This document shows positions 47,535 to 62,500 of a stretch of DNA of 64,000 nucleotides, piece after piece. The position numbers and the translations under genes are program-made. The notes under the pieces are model-generated. The model made no database searches, was not told where the DNA came from, and saw only the letters and a program-made list of their open reading frames with translations. The DNA comes from Octopus sinensis. Lineage: Eukaryota. Position 1 is the stretch's first letter, and every line of letters begins with the position of its first letter. The stretch is taken from the NCBI RefSeq assembly GCF_006345805.1, contig NW_021832280.1, positions 51,890 to 115,889 of the forward strand. The letters run 5' to 3'.

Positions 47535-50500
47535 AATTCATAATTCTTCCTTTTAAGTATTCGTTCTATCATAATTCTTCATTTTTAGTATTGTTTTTAT
47601 CATAATTCTTAATTTTAAGTATTCTTCCTATCATAATTCTTTATTTTAGGTATTCATTCTATCATAATTCTTTATTTTAAGTATTCTTTCTATCATAATT
47701 CTTTATTTCAAGTATTCTTTCTATCATAATTCTTTATTTTAAGTATTCTTTCTATCATAATTCTTTACTTTAAGTATTCTTTCTATCATAATTCTTTATT
47801 TTAAGTATTCTTTCTATCATAATTCTTTACTTTAAGTATTCTTTCTATCATAAATCTTTATTTTAAGTATTCTTTCTATCATAATTCTTTATTTTAAGTA
47901 TGCTTTCTATCATAATTCTTTATTTTAAGTATTCATTCTATCATAATTCTTTACTTTAAGTATTCATTCTATCATAATTCATTATTTTAAGTATTATTTC
48001 TATCATAATTCTTTATTTTAAGTATTCTTTCTATCATAATTCTTTATTTTAAGTATTCTTTCTATCATAATTTTATTTTAAGTATTCTTTCTATCATAAT
48101 TCTTTATTTTAAGTATTCTTTCTATCATAATTCTTTATTTTAAGTATTCATTCTATCATAATTCTTTACTTTAAGTATTCATTATATCATAAATCTTTAT
48201 TTTAAGTATTCATTCTATCATAATTCTTTATTTTAAGTATACTTTCTATCATAATTCTTTATTTTAAGTATACTTTCTATCATAATTCTTTATTTAAGTA
48301 TTCATTCTATCATAATTCTTTACTTTAAGTATTCATTATATCATAAATCTTATTTTAAGTATTCATTCTATCATAATTCTTTATTTTAAGTATACTTTCT
48401 ATCATAATTCCTTATTTTAAGTATACTTTCTATCATAATTCTTTATTTTAAGTATTCTTTCTATCATAATTCTTTATTTTAAGTATTCTTTCTATCATAA
48501 TTCTTTATTTAAGTATTCATTCTATCATATTCTTTACTTTAAGTATTCATTATATCATAAATCTTTATTTTAAGTATTCTTTCTATAATAAATCTTTATT
48601 TAAGTATTCTTTCTATCATAATTCTTTATTTTAAGTATTCTTCTATCATAAATCTTTATTTTAAGTATTCTTTCTATCATAATTCTTTATTTTAAGTATT
48701 CATTCTATCATAATTCTTTATTTTAAGTATTCTTTCTATCATAATTCTTTATTTTAAGTATTCATTCTATCATAATTCTTTACTTTAAGTATTCTTTCTA
48801 TCATAATTCATTATTTTAAGTATTCTTTCTATCATAATTCTTTACTTTAAGTATTCTTTCTATCATAATTCTTTATTTTAAGTATTCTTTCTATCATAAT
48901 TCTTTACTTTAAGTATTCTTTCTATCATAATTCTTTACTTTAAGTATTCTTTCTATCATAATTCTTTATTTTAAGTATTCTTTCTATCATAATTCTTATT
49001 TTAAGTATTCATTCTATCATAATTCTTTACTTTAAGTATTCATTATATCATAAATCTTTATTTTAAGTATTCATTCTATCATAATTCTTTATTTTAAGTA
49101 TACTTTCTATCATAATTCTTTATTTTAAGTATACTTTCTATCATAATTCTTTATGTTAAGTATTCTTTCTATCATAATTCTTTATTTTAAGTATTCATTC
49201 TATCATCATTCTTTATTTTAAGTATTCTTTCTATCATAATTCTTTATTTTAAGTATACTTTCTATCATAATTCTTTATTTTAAGTATTCATTCTATCATA
49301 ATTCTTTATTTTAAGTATTCATTCTATCATAATTCCTTATTTTAAGTATACTTTCTATCATAATTCTTTACTTTAAGTATTCTTCTATCATAATTCTTTA
49401 CTTTAAGTATTCATTCTATCATAATTCTTTACTTTAAGTATTCTTTCTATCATTATTCTTTATTTTAAGTATTCATTCTATCATAATTCTTTACTTTAAA
49501 TATTCTTTCTATCATAATTCTTTACTTTAAGTATTCTTTCTATCATAATTCTTTATTTAAGTGTTCATTCTATCATAATTCTTTACTTAAGTATTCTTTC
49601 TATCATAATTCATTATTTTAAGTATTCTTTCTATCATAATTCTTTACTTTAAGTATTCATTCTATCATATTCTTTATTTTAAGTATTCTTTCTATCATAA
49701 TTCTTTATTTTAAGTATTCATTCTATCATAATTCTTTACTTTAAGTATTCATTCTATCATAAGTCTTTACTTTAAGTATTCTTTCTATCATTATTCTTTA
49801 TTTTAAGTATTCATTCTATCATAATTCTTTACTTTAAATATTCTTTCTATCATAATTCTTTACTTTAAGTATTCTTTCTATCATAATTCTTTACTTTAAG
49901 TATTCATTATATCATAAATCTTTATTTTAAGTATTCATTCTATCATAATTCTTTACTTTAAGTATTCATTCTATCATAATTCTTTATTTTAAGTATTCTT
50001 TCTATCATAATTCTTTATTTTAAGTATTCATTCTATCATAATTCTTTACTTTAAGTATTCATTCTATCATAAGTCTTTACTTTAAGTATTCTTTCTATCA
50101 TAATTCTTTATTTTAAGTATTCATTCTATCAGAATCTTTACTTTAAGTATTCTTTCTATCATAATTCTTTATTTTAAGTATTCATTCTATCATAATTCTT
50201 TATTTAAGTATACTTTCTATCATAATTCTTTATTTTAAGTATACTTCTATCATAATTCTTTATTTTAAGTATTCTTTCTATCATAATTCTTTATTTTAAG
50301 TATTCATTCTATCATAATTCTTTATTTTAAGTATACTTTCTATCATAATTCTTTATTTTAAGTATACTTTCTATCATAATTCTTTATTTTAAGTATTCTT
50401 TCTATCATAATTCTTTATTTTAAGTATTCATTCTATCATAATTCTTTACTTTAAGTATTCATTCTATCATAATTCTTTATTTTAAGTATTCTTTCTATCA

Positions 50501-53500
50501 TAATTCTTTATTTTAAGTATTCATTCTATCATAATTCTTTACTTTAAGTATTCATTCTATCATAAGTCTTTACTTAAGTATTCTTTCTATCATAATCTTT
50601 ATTTTAAGTATTCATTCTATCAGAATTCTTTACTTTAAGTATTCTTTCTATCATAATTCTTTGTTTTAAGTATTCATTCTATCATAATTCTTTATTTTAA
50701 GTATACTTTCTATCATAATTCTTTATTTTAAGTATACTTTCTATCATAATTCTTTATTTTAAGTATTCTTTCTATCATAATTCTTTATTTTAAGTATTCA
50801 TTCTATCATAATTCTTTATTTTAAGTATACTTTCTATCATAATTCTTTATTTTAAGTATACTTTCTATCATAATTCTTTATTTTAAGTATTCTTTCTATC
50901 ATAATTCTTTTTTTAAGTATTCATTCTATCATAATTCTTTATTTTAAGTATTCTTTCTATCATAATTCTTTATTTTAAGTATTCATTCTATCATAATTCT
51001 TTACTTTAAGTATTCTTTCTATCATAATTCATTATTTTAAGTATTCTTTCTATCATAATTCTTTACTTTAAGTATTCTTTCTATCATAATTCTTATTTTA
51101 AGTATTCTTTCTATCATAATTCTTTATTTTAAGTATTCTTTCTATCATAATTCTTTATTTTAAGTATTTTTCTATCATAATTCTTTATTTTAAGTATTCT
51201 TTCTATCATAATTCTTTACTTTAAGTATTCTTTCTATCATAATTCTTTACTTTAAGTATTCTTCTATCATAATTCTTTATTTTAAGTATTCTTTCTATCA
51301 TAATTCTTTATTTTAAGTATTCATTCTATCATAATTCTTTAATTTAAGTATTCATTACATCATAAATCTTTATTTTAAGTATTCATTCTATCATAATTCT
51401 TGATTTTAAGTATACTTTCTATCATAATTCTTTATTTAAGTATACTTTCTATCATAATTCTTTATTTAAGTATTCTTTCTATCATAATTCTTTATTGTAA
51501 GTATTCATTCTATCATCATTCTTTATTTTAAGTATTCTTTCTATCATAATTCTCTATTTTAAGTATTCATTCTATCATAATTCTTTATTTTAAGTATTCA
51601 TTCTATCATAATTCTTATTTTAAGTATTCATTCTATCATAATTCTTTATTTTAAGTATACTTTCTATCATAATTCTTTACTTTAAGTATTCTTTCTATCA
51701 TAAATCTTTACTTTAAGTATTCATTCTATCATAATTCTTTACTTTAAGTATTCTTTCTATCATAATCTTTATTTTAAGTATTCATTCTATCATAATTCTT
51801 TACTTTAAATATTCTTTCTATCATAATTCTTTACTTTAAGTATTCTTCTATCATAATTCTTTACTTTAAGTATTCATTATATCATAAATCTTTATTTAAG
51901 TATTCATTCTATCATAATTCTTTACTTTAAGTATTCATTCTATCATAATTCTTTATTTTAAGTATTCATTCTATCATAATTCTTTATTTTAAGTATTCAT
52001 TCTATCATAATTCTTTACTTTAAGTATTCATTCTATCATAAGTCTTTACTTTAAGTATTCTTTCTATCATTATTCTTTATTTTAAGTATTCATTCTATCA
52101 TAATTCTTTACTTTAAATATTCTTTCTATCATAATTCTTACTTTAAGTATTCTTTCTATCATAATTCTTTACTTAAGTATTCATTATATCATAAATCTTT
52201 ATTTAAGTATTCATTCTATCATAATTCTTTACTTTAAGTATTCATTCTATCATAATTCTTTATTTTAAGTATTCTTTCTATATAATTCTTTATTTTAAGT
52301 ATTCATTCTATCATAATTCTTTACCTTAAGTATTCATTCTATCATAAGTCTTTACTTTAAGTATTCTTTCTATCATAATTCTTTATTTTAAGTATTCATT
52401 CTATCATAATTCTTTACTTTAAGTATTCTTTCTATCATAATTCTTTATTTTAAGTATTCATTCTATCAGTTCTTTATTTTAAGTATACTTTCTATCATAA
52501 TTCTTTATTTTAAGTATACTTCTATCATAATTCTTTATTTTAAGTATTCTTTCTATCATAATTCTTTATTTTAAGTATTCATTCTATCATATTTCTTTAC
52601 TTTAAGTATTCATTATATCATAAATCTTTATTTAAGTATTCATTCTATCATAATTCTTTATTTTAAGTATACTTTCTATCATAATTCTTTAATTTAAGTA
52701 TTCTTTCTATCATAATTCTTTATTTTAAGTATTCATTCTATCATAATTCTTTACTTTAAGTATTCATTATGTCATAAATCTTTATTTTAAGTATTCATTC
52801 TATCATAATTCTTTATTTTAAGTATACTTTCTATCATAATTCTTTATTTTAAGTATACTTTCTATCATAATTCTTTATTTTAAGTATTCTTTCTATCATA
52901 ATTCTTTATTTTAAGTATTCATTCTATCATCATTCTTTATTTTAAGTATTCTTTCTATCATAATTCTTTATTTTAAGTATTCATTCTATCATAATTCTTT
53001 ATTTAAGTATTCATTCTATCATAATTCTTTATTTTAAGTATACTTTCTATCATAATTCTTTACTTTAAGTATTCTTTCTATCATAATTCTTTACTTTAAG
53101 TATTCATTCTATCATAATTCTTTACTTTAAGTATTCTTTCTATCATTATTCTTTATTTTAAGTATTCATTCTATCATAATTCTTTACTTTAAATATTCTT
53201 TCTATCATAATTCTTTACTTAAGTATTCTTTCTAAAATAATTCATTATTTTAAGTATTTTTCTATCATAATTCTTTATTTAAGTATTCTTTCTATCATAA
53301 TTCTTTATTTTAAGTATTCTTTCTATCATAATTCTTTATTTTAAGTATTCTTTCTATCATAATTCTTTATTTTAAGTATTCTTTCTATCATATTTCTTTA
53401 TTTTAAGTATTCTTTCTATCATGATTCTTTATTTTAAGTATTCTTTCTATCAAAATTCTTTATTTTAAGTATTATTTCTATCATAATTCTTTATTTAAGT

Positions 53501-56500
53501 ATTCTTTCTATCATAATTCTTTACTTTAAGTATTCTTTCTATCATAATTCTTTACTTTAAGTATTCTTTCTATCATAATTCTTTATTTTAAGTATTCATT
53601 CTATCATAATTCTTTATTTTCAGTATTCATTCTATCATAATTCTTTATTTTAAGTATACTTTCTATCATAATTCTTTATTTTAAGTATCTTTCTATCATA
53701 ATTCTTTATTTTAAGTATTCTTTCTATCATAATTCTTTATTTTAAGTATTCATTCTATCATCATTCTTTATTTAAGTATTCTTTCTATCATAATTCTTTA
53801 TTTTAAGTATTCATTCTATCATAATCTTTATTTTAAGTAAACTTTCTATCATAATTCTTTATTTTAAGTATACTTTCTATCATAATTCTTTATTTTAAGT
53901 ATTCTTTCTATCATAATTCTTTATTTTAAGTATTCATTCTATCATAATTCTTTACTTTAAGTATTCATTATATCATAAATCTTTATTTTAAGTATTCATT
54001 CTATCATCATTCTTTATTTTAAGTATTTTTCTATCATAATTCTTCATTTTAAGTATACTTTCTATCATAATTCTTTATTTTAAGTATTCTTTCTATCATA
54101 ATTCTCTATTTTAAGTATTCATTCTATCATAATTCTTTATTTTAAGTATACTTTCTATCATAATTCTTTAATTTAAGTATTCTTTCTATCATAATTCTTT
54201 ATTTATTTTAGTATACTTTCTATCATAATTCTTTACTTTAAGTATTCATTATGTCATAAATCTTTATTTTAAGTTTTCATTCTATCATAATTCTTTATTT
54301 TAAGTATACTTTCTATCATAATTCTTTATTTTAAGTATACTTTCTATCATAATTCTTTATTTTAAGTATTCTTTCTATCATAATTCTTTATTTTAAGTAT
54401 TCATTCTATCATCATTCTTTATTTAAGTATTCTTTCTATAATAATTCTTTATTTTAAGTATTCATTCTATCATAATTCTTTATTTTAAGTATTCATTCTA
54501 TCATAATTCTTTACTTTAAGTATTCTTTCTATCATAATTCTTTGCTTTAAGTATTCATTCTATCATAATTCTTTATTTTAAGTATTCATTCTATCATAAT
54601 TCTTTTTTTTCAGTATTCATTCTATCATAATTCTTTATTTTAAGTATACTTTCTATCATTATTCTTTATTTTAAGTATACTTTCTATCATAATTCTTTAT
54701 TTTAAGTATTCTTTCTATCATAATTCTTTATTTTAAGTATTCATTCTATCATCATCTTATTTTAAGTATTCTTTCTATCATAATTCTTTATTTTAAGTAT
54801 TCATTCTATCATAATTCTTTATTTTAAGTATACTTTCTATCATAATTCTTTATTTTAAGTATACTTTCTATCATAATTCTTTATTTTAAGTATTCTTTCT
54901 ATCATAATTCTTTATTTTAAGTATCATTCTATCATAATTCTTTACTTTAAGTATTCATTATATCATAAATCTTATTTTAAGTATTCATTCTATCATCATT
55001 CTTTATTTTAAGTATTCTTTCTATCATAATTCTTCATTTTAAGTATACTTTCTATCATAATTCTTTATTTTAAGTATTCTTTCTATCATAATTCTCTATT
55101 TTAAGTATTCATTCTATCATCATTCTTATTTTAAGTATTCTTTCTATTATAATTCTGTATTTTAAGTATTCATTCTATCATAATTCTTTATTTTAAGTAT
55201 TCATTCTATCATAATTCTTTAGTTTAAGTATTCTTTCTATCATATTCTTTATTCTAAGTATTCATTCTATCATAATTCTTTACTTTAAATTCTTTCTATC
55301 ATAATTCTTTACTTAAGTATTCTTTCTATCATAATTCTTCACTTAAGTATTCATTATATCATAAATCTTTATTTTAAGTATTCATTGTATCATAATTCTT
55401 TACTTTAAGTATTCATTCTATCATAATTCTTTATTTTAAGTATTCTTTCTATCATAATTCTTTACTTTAATATTCTTTCTATCATAATTCTTTATTTTAA
55501 GTATTCATTCTATCATAATCTTTACTTTAAGTATTCATTCTATCATAAGTCTTTACTTTAAGTATTCTTTCTATCATTATTCTTATTTTAAGTATTCATT
55601 CTATCATAATTCTTTACTTTAAATATTCTTTCTATCATAATTCTTTACTTTAAGTATTCTTTCTATCATAATTCTTTACTTAAGTATTCATTATATCATA
55701 AATCTTTATTTTAAGTATTCATTCTATCATAATTCTTTACTTTAAGTATTCATTCTATCATAATTCTTTATTTTAAGTATTCTTTCTATCATAATTCTTT
55801 ATTTTAAGTATTCATTCTATCATAATCTTTACTTTAAGTATTCATTCTATCATAAGTCTTTACTTTAAGTATTCTTTCTATCATAATTCTTTATTTTAAG
55901 TATTCATTCTATCAGAATTCTTTACTTTAAGTATTCTTTCTATCATAATTCTTTATTTTAAGTATTCATTCTATCATAATTCTTTATTTTAAGTATACTT
56001 TCTATCATAATTCTTTATTTTAAGTATACTTTCTATCATAATTCTTTATTTTAAGTATTCTTTCTCATAATTCTTTATTTTAAGTATTCATTCTATCATA
56101 ATTCTTTACTTTAAGTATTCATTCTATCATAAGTCTTTACTTTAAGTATTCTTTCTATCATAATTCTTTATTTTAAGTATTTTTATCAATTCTTTACTTT
56201 AAGTATTCTTTCTATCATAATTCTTTATTTTAAGTATTCATTCTATCATAATTCTTTATTTTAAGTATACTTTCTATCATAATTCTTTATTTTAAGTATA
56301 CTTTCTATCATAATTCTTTTTTAAGTATTCTTTCTATCATAATTCTTTATTTTAAGTATTCATTCTATCATAATTCTTTATTTTAAGTATACTTTCTATC
56401 ATAATTCTTTATTTTAAGTATACTTTCTATCATAATTCTTTATTTAAGTATTCTTCTATCATAATTCTTTATTTTAAGTATTCATTCTATCATAATTCTT

Positions 56501-59500
56501 TATTTTAAGTATTCTTTCTATCATAATTCTTTATTTAAGTATTCATTCTATCATAATTCTTTACTTTAAGTATTCTTTCTATCATAATTCTTATTTTTTA
56601 AGTATTCTTTCTATCATAATTCTTTACTTTAAGTATTCTTTCTATCATAATTCTTTATTTTAAGTATTCTTCTATCATAATTCTTTATTTAAGTATTCTT
56701 TCTATCATAATTCTTTATTTTAAGTATTCTTTCTATCATAATTCTTTATTTAAGTATTCTTTCTATCATAATTCTTTACTTTAAGTATTCTTCTATCATA
56801 ATTCTTTACTTTAAGTATTCTTTCTATCATAATTCTTTATTTTAAGTATTCTTCTATATAATTCTTTATTTTAAGTATTCATTCTATCATAATTCTTTAA
56901 TTTAAGTATTCATACATCATAAATCTTTATTTTAAGTATTCATTCTATCATAATTCTTGATTTTAAGTATACTTTCTATCATAATTCTTTATTTTAAGTA
57001 TACTTTCTATCATAATTCTTTATTTTAAGTATTCTTTCTATCATAATTCTTTATTTAAGTATTCATTCTATCATCATTCTTTATTTTAAGTATTCTTTCT
57101 ATCATAATTCTCTATTTTAAGTATTCATTCTATCATAATTCTTTATTTTAAGTATTCATTCTATCATAATTCTTTACTTTAAGTATTCTTTCTATCATAA
57201 TTCTTTATTTTAAGTATTCTTTCTATCATAATTCTTTATTTTAAGTATTCATTCTATCATCATTCTTTATTTTAAGTATTCTTTCTATCATAATTCTTTA
57301 TTTTAAGTATTCATCTATCATAATTCTTTATTTTAAGTATCTTTCTATCATAATTCTTTATTTAAGTATACTTCTATCATAATTCTTTATTTTAAGTATT
57401 CTTTCTATCATAATTCTTTATTTTAAGTATTCATTCTATCATAATTCTTTACTTTAAGTATTCATTATATCATAATTCTTTATTTTAAGTATTCATTCTA
57501 TCATCATTCTTTATTTTAAGTATTCATTCTATCATAATTCTTTATTTTAAGTATTACTTTCTATCATAATTCTTTATTTTAAGTATTATTTCTATCTACA
57601 AACTCTTTTTTAAGTATTCATTCTATCATCATTCTTTATTTTAAGTATTCTTTCTATTATAATTCTGTATTTTAAGTATTCATTCTATCATAATTCTTTA
57701 TTTTAAGTATTCCTTCTATCATAATTCTTTAGTTTAAGTATTCTTTCTATCATTATTCTTTATTCTAAGTATTCATCTATCATAATTCTTTACTTTAAAT
57801 ATTCATTCTATCATAATTCTTTACTTAAGTATTCTTTCTATCATAATTCTTCACTTTAAGTATTCATTATATCATAAATCTTTATTTTAAGTATTCATTC
57901 TATCATAATTCTTTACTTAAGTATTCATTCTATCATAATTCTTTATTTTAAGTATTCTTTCTATCATAATTCTTTACTTTAATATTCTTTCTATCATAAT
58001 TCTTTATTTAAGTATTCATTCTATCATAATTCTTTACTTTAAGTATTCATTCTATCATAAGTCTTTACTTTAAGTATTCTTTCTATCATTATTCTTTATT
58101 TTAAGTATTCATTCTATCATAATTCTTACTTTAAGTATTCTTTCTATCATAATTCTTTACTTTAAGTATTCTTTCTATCATAATTCTTTACTTTAAGTAT
58201 CATTATATCATAAATCTTTATTTTAAGTATTCATCTATCATAATTCTTTACTTAAGTATTCATTCTATCATAATTCTTTTTTTAAGTATTCTTTCTATCA
58301 TAATTCTTTATTTTTAAGTATTCATTCTATCATATTCTTTACTTTAAGTATTCATTCTATCATAAGTCTTTACTTTAAGTATCTTTCTATCATAATTCTT
58401 TATTTTAAGTTCATTCTATCAGAATTCTTTACTTTAAGTATTCTTTCTATCATAATTCTTTATTTTAAGTATTCATTCTATCATAATTCTTTATTTTAAG
58501 TATTCTTTCTATCATAATTCTTTATTTTAAGTATACTTTCTATCATAATTCTTTATTTTAAGTATTTTCTATCATAATTCTTTATTTTAAGTATTCATTC
58601 TATCATAATTCTTTACTTTAAGTATTCATTCTATCATAAGTCTTTACTTTAAGTATTCTTTCTATCATAATTCTTTATTTTAAGTATTCTTTCTATCATA
58701 ATTCTTTATTTTTAAGTATTCATTCTATCATAATTCTTTACTTTAAGTATTCATTCTATCATAATTCTTTATTTTAAGTATTCTTTCTATCATAATTCTT
58801 TATTTAAGTATTCATTCTATCATAATTCTTTACTTTAAGTATTCATTCTATCATAATTCTTTATTTTTAAGTATTCTTTCTATCATAATTCTTTATTTTA
58901 AGTATTCATTCTATCAGAATTCTTACTTTAAGTATTCTTTCTATCATAATTCTTTGTTTTAAGTATTCATTCTATCATAATTCTTTATTTTAAGTATTCA
59001 TTCTATCATAATCTTTATTTAAGTATACTTCTATCATAATTATTTTTTTTTAAGTATTCTTTCTATCATAATTCTTTATTTTAAGTATTCATTCTATCAT
59101 AATTCTTTATTTTAAGTATACTTTCTATCATAATTCTTATTTTAAGTATTCTTTCTATCATAATTCTTTATTTTAAGTATTCTTTCTATCATAATTCTTT
59201 ATTTTAAGTATTCATTCTATCATAATTCTTATTTTAAGTATTCTTTCTATCATAATTCTTTATTTTAAGTATTCATTCTATCATAATCTTCACTTTAAGT
59301 ATCTTTCTATCATAATTCTTTATTTTAAGTATTCTTTCTATCATAATTCTTTACTTTAAGTATTCTTTCTATCATAATTCTTTATTTTAAGTATTCTTTC
59401 TATCATAATTCTTTATTTAAGTATTCTTTCTATAATTCTTTATTTTAAGTATTCTTTCTATCATAATTCTTTATTTAAGTATTCTTTCTATCATAATTCT

Positions 59501-62500
59501 TTACTTTAAGTATTCTTTCTATCATAATTCTTTACTTTAAGTATTCTTTCTATCATAATTCTTATTTTAAGTATTCTTTCTATCATAATTCTTATTTTAA
59601 GTATTCATTCTATCATAATCTTTATTTAAGTATTCATTACATCATAATTCTTTATTTTAAGTATTCATTCTATCATAATTCTTGATTTTAAGTATTCTTT
59701 CTATCATAATTCTTTATTTTAAGTATTCTTTCTATCATAATTCTTTATTTTAAGTATTCTTTCTATCATAATTCTTATTTTAAGTATTCATTTCTATCCA
59801 TTCTTTATTTTAAGTATTCTTTCTATCATAATTCTCTATTTTAAGTATTCATTCTATCATAATTCTTTATTTTAAGTATTCATTCTATCATAATTCTTCA
59901 TTTTAAGTATTCATTCTATCATAATTCTTTATTTTAAGTATACTTTCTATCATAATTCTTTATTTTAAGTATTCTTTCTATCATAAATCTTTACTTTAAG
60001 TATTCATTCTATCATAATCTTTACTTTAAGTATTATCTTCTATCATAATTCTTTATTTTAAGTATCATTCTATCATAATTCTTTACTTTAATATTCTTTC
60101 TATCATAATTCTTTACTTAAGTATTCTTTCTATCATAATTCTTTTTTTAGTATTCATTCTATCATAATTCTTTACTTTAAGTATTTTCTATCATAATCAT
60201 TATTTTAAGTATTCTTTCTATCATAATTCTTTATTTTAAGTATTCTTCTATCATAATTCTTTATTTTAAGTATTCTTTCTATCATTATTCTTTATTTTAC
60301 TATCATTCTATCATAATTCTTTCTTTAAATATTCTTTCTATCATAATTCTTTATTTAAGTATTCTTTCTATCATAATTCTTACTTTAAGTATTCATTATA
60401 TCATAAATCTTTACTTAAGTATTCATTCTATCATAATTCTTTATTTTAAGTATTATTCTATCATAATTCTTTATTTAAGTATTCATTCTATCATAATTCT
60501 TTACTTTAAGTATTCATTCTATCATAAGTCTTTCTTTAAGTATTCTTTCTATCATTATTCTTTATTTTAAGTATTCATTCTATCATAATTCTTTACTTTA
60601 AATATTCTTTCTATCATAATTCTTTACTTTAAGTATTCTTTCTATCATAATTCTTTACTTAAGTATTCATTATATCATAAATCTTTATTTTAAGTATTCA
60701 TTCTATCATATCTTTACTTTAAGTATTCATTCTATCATAATTCTTTATTTTAAGTATTCTTTCTATCATAATTCTTTATTTTAAGTATTCATACTATCAT
60801 AATTCTTTACCTTAAGTATTCATTCTATCATAAGTCTTTACTTTAAGTATTCTTTCTATCATAATTCTTTATTTTAAGTATTCATTCTATCATAATTCTT
60901 TATTTTAAGTATTCTTTCTATCATAATTCTTTATTTTAAGTATTCATTCTATCATATTCTTTATTTTAAGTATACTTTCTATCATAATCTTTATTTAAGT
61001 ATACTTTCTATCATAATTCTTTATTTTAAGTATTCTTCTATCATAATTCTTTATTTTAAGTATTCATTCTATCATATTCTTTACTTTAAGTATTCATTAT
61101 CATAAAATCTTTATTTTAAGTATTCATTCTATCATAATTCTTTATTTTAAGTATTACTTTCTATCATAATTCTTTAATTTAAGTATTCTTTCTATCATAA
61201 TTCTTTATTTTAAGTATTCATTCTATCATAATTCTTTACTTTAAGTATTCATTATGTCATAATCTTTATTTAAGTATTCATTCTATCATAATTCTTTATT
61301 TTAAGTATACTTTCTATCATAATTCTTTATTTTAAGTATACTTTCTATCATAATTCTTTATTTTAAGTATTCTTCTATCATAATTCTTTATTTTAAGTAT
61401 TCATTCTATCATCATTCTTTATTTTTTAAGTATTCTTTCTATCATAATTCTTATTTAAGTATTCATTCTATCATAATTCTTTATTTTAAGTATTCATTCT
61501 ATCATAATTCTTTATTTTAAGTATTACTCTATCTAATTCTTTACTTTAAGTATTCTTCTATCATAATTCTTTACTTTAAGTATTAATTCTATCATAATTC
61601 TTACTTTAAGTATTCTTTCTATCATTATTCTTTATTTAAGTATTCATTCTATCATAATTCTTTACTTTAAATATTTTTCTATCATAATTCTTTACTTAAG
61701 TATTCTTTCTAAAATAATTCATTATTTAAGTATTCTTTCTATCATAATTCTTTTTTTAAGTATTATTTCTATCATAATTCTTATTTTAAGTATTCTTTCT
61801 ATCATAATTCTTTATTTTAAGTATTCTTTCTATCATAATTCTTTATTTTAAGTATTATTCTATCATATTTTCTTTATTTTAAGTATTCTTTCTATCATGA
61901 TTCTTTATTTTAAGTATTCTTTCTATCAAAATTCTTTATTTTAATATTATTTCTATCATAATTCTTTACTTTAAGTATTCTTTCTATCATAATTCTTTAC
62001 TTTAAGTATTCTTTCTATCATAATTCTTTACTTTAAGTATTCTTTCTATCATAATTCTTTATTTTAAGTATTCTTTCTATCATAATTCTTTATTTTCAGT
62101 ATTCATTCTATCATAATTCTATTTTAAGTATTACTTTCTATCATAATTCTTTATTTAAGTATACTTTCTATCATAATCTTTATTTTAAGTATTCCTATCA
62201 TAATTCTTTATTTAAGTATTCATTCTATCATCATTCTTTATTTTAAGTATTCTTCTATCATAATTCTTTATTTTAAGTATTCATTCTATCATAATTCTTT
62301 ATTTTAAGTAAACTTTCTATCATAATTCTTTATTTTAAGTATACTGTGTATTCCATAATCTTTATTTTAAGTATTCTTTCTATCATAATTTTTATTTTTA
62401 AGTATTCATTCTATCATAATCTTTACTTTAAGTATTCATTCTATCATAAATCTTATTTTTTTTAAGTATTCATTCATCATCATTCTTTATTTTAAGTATT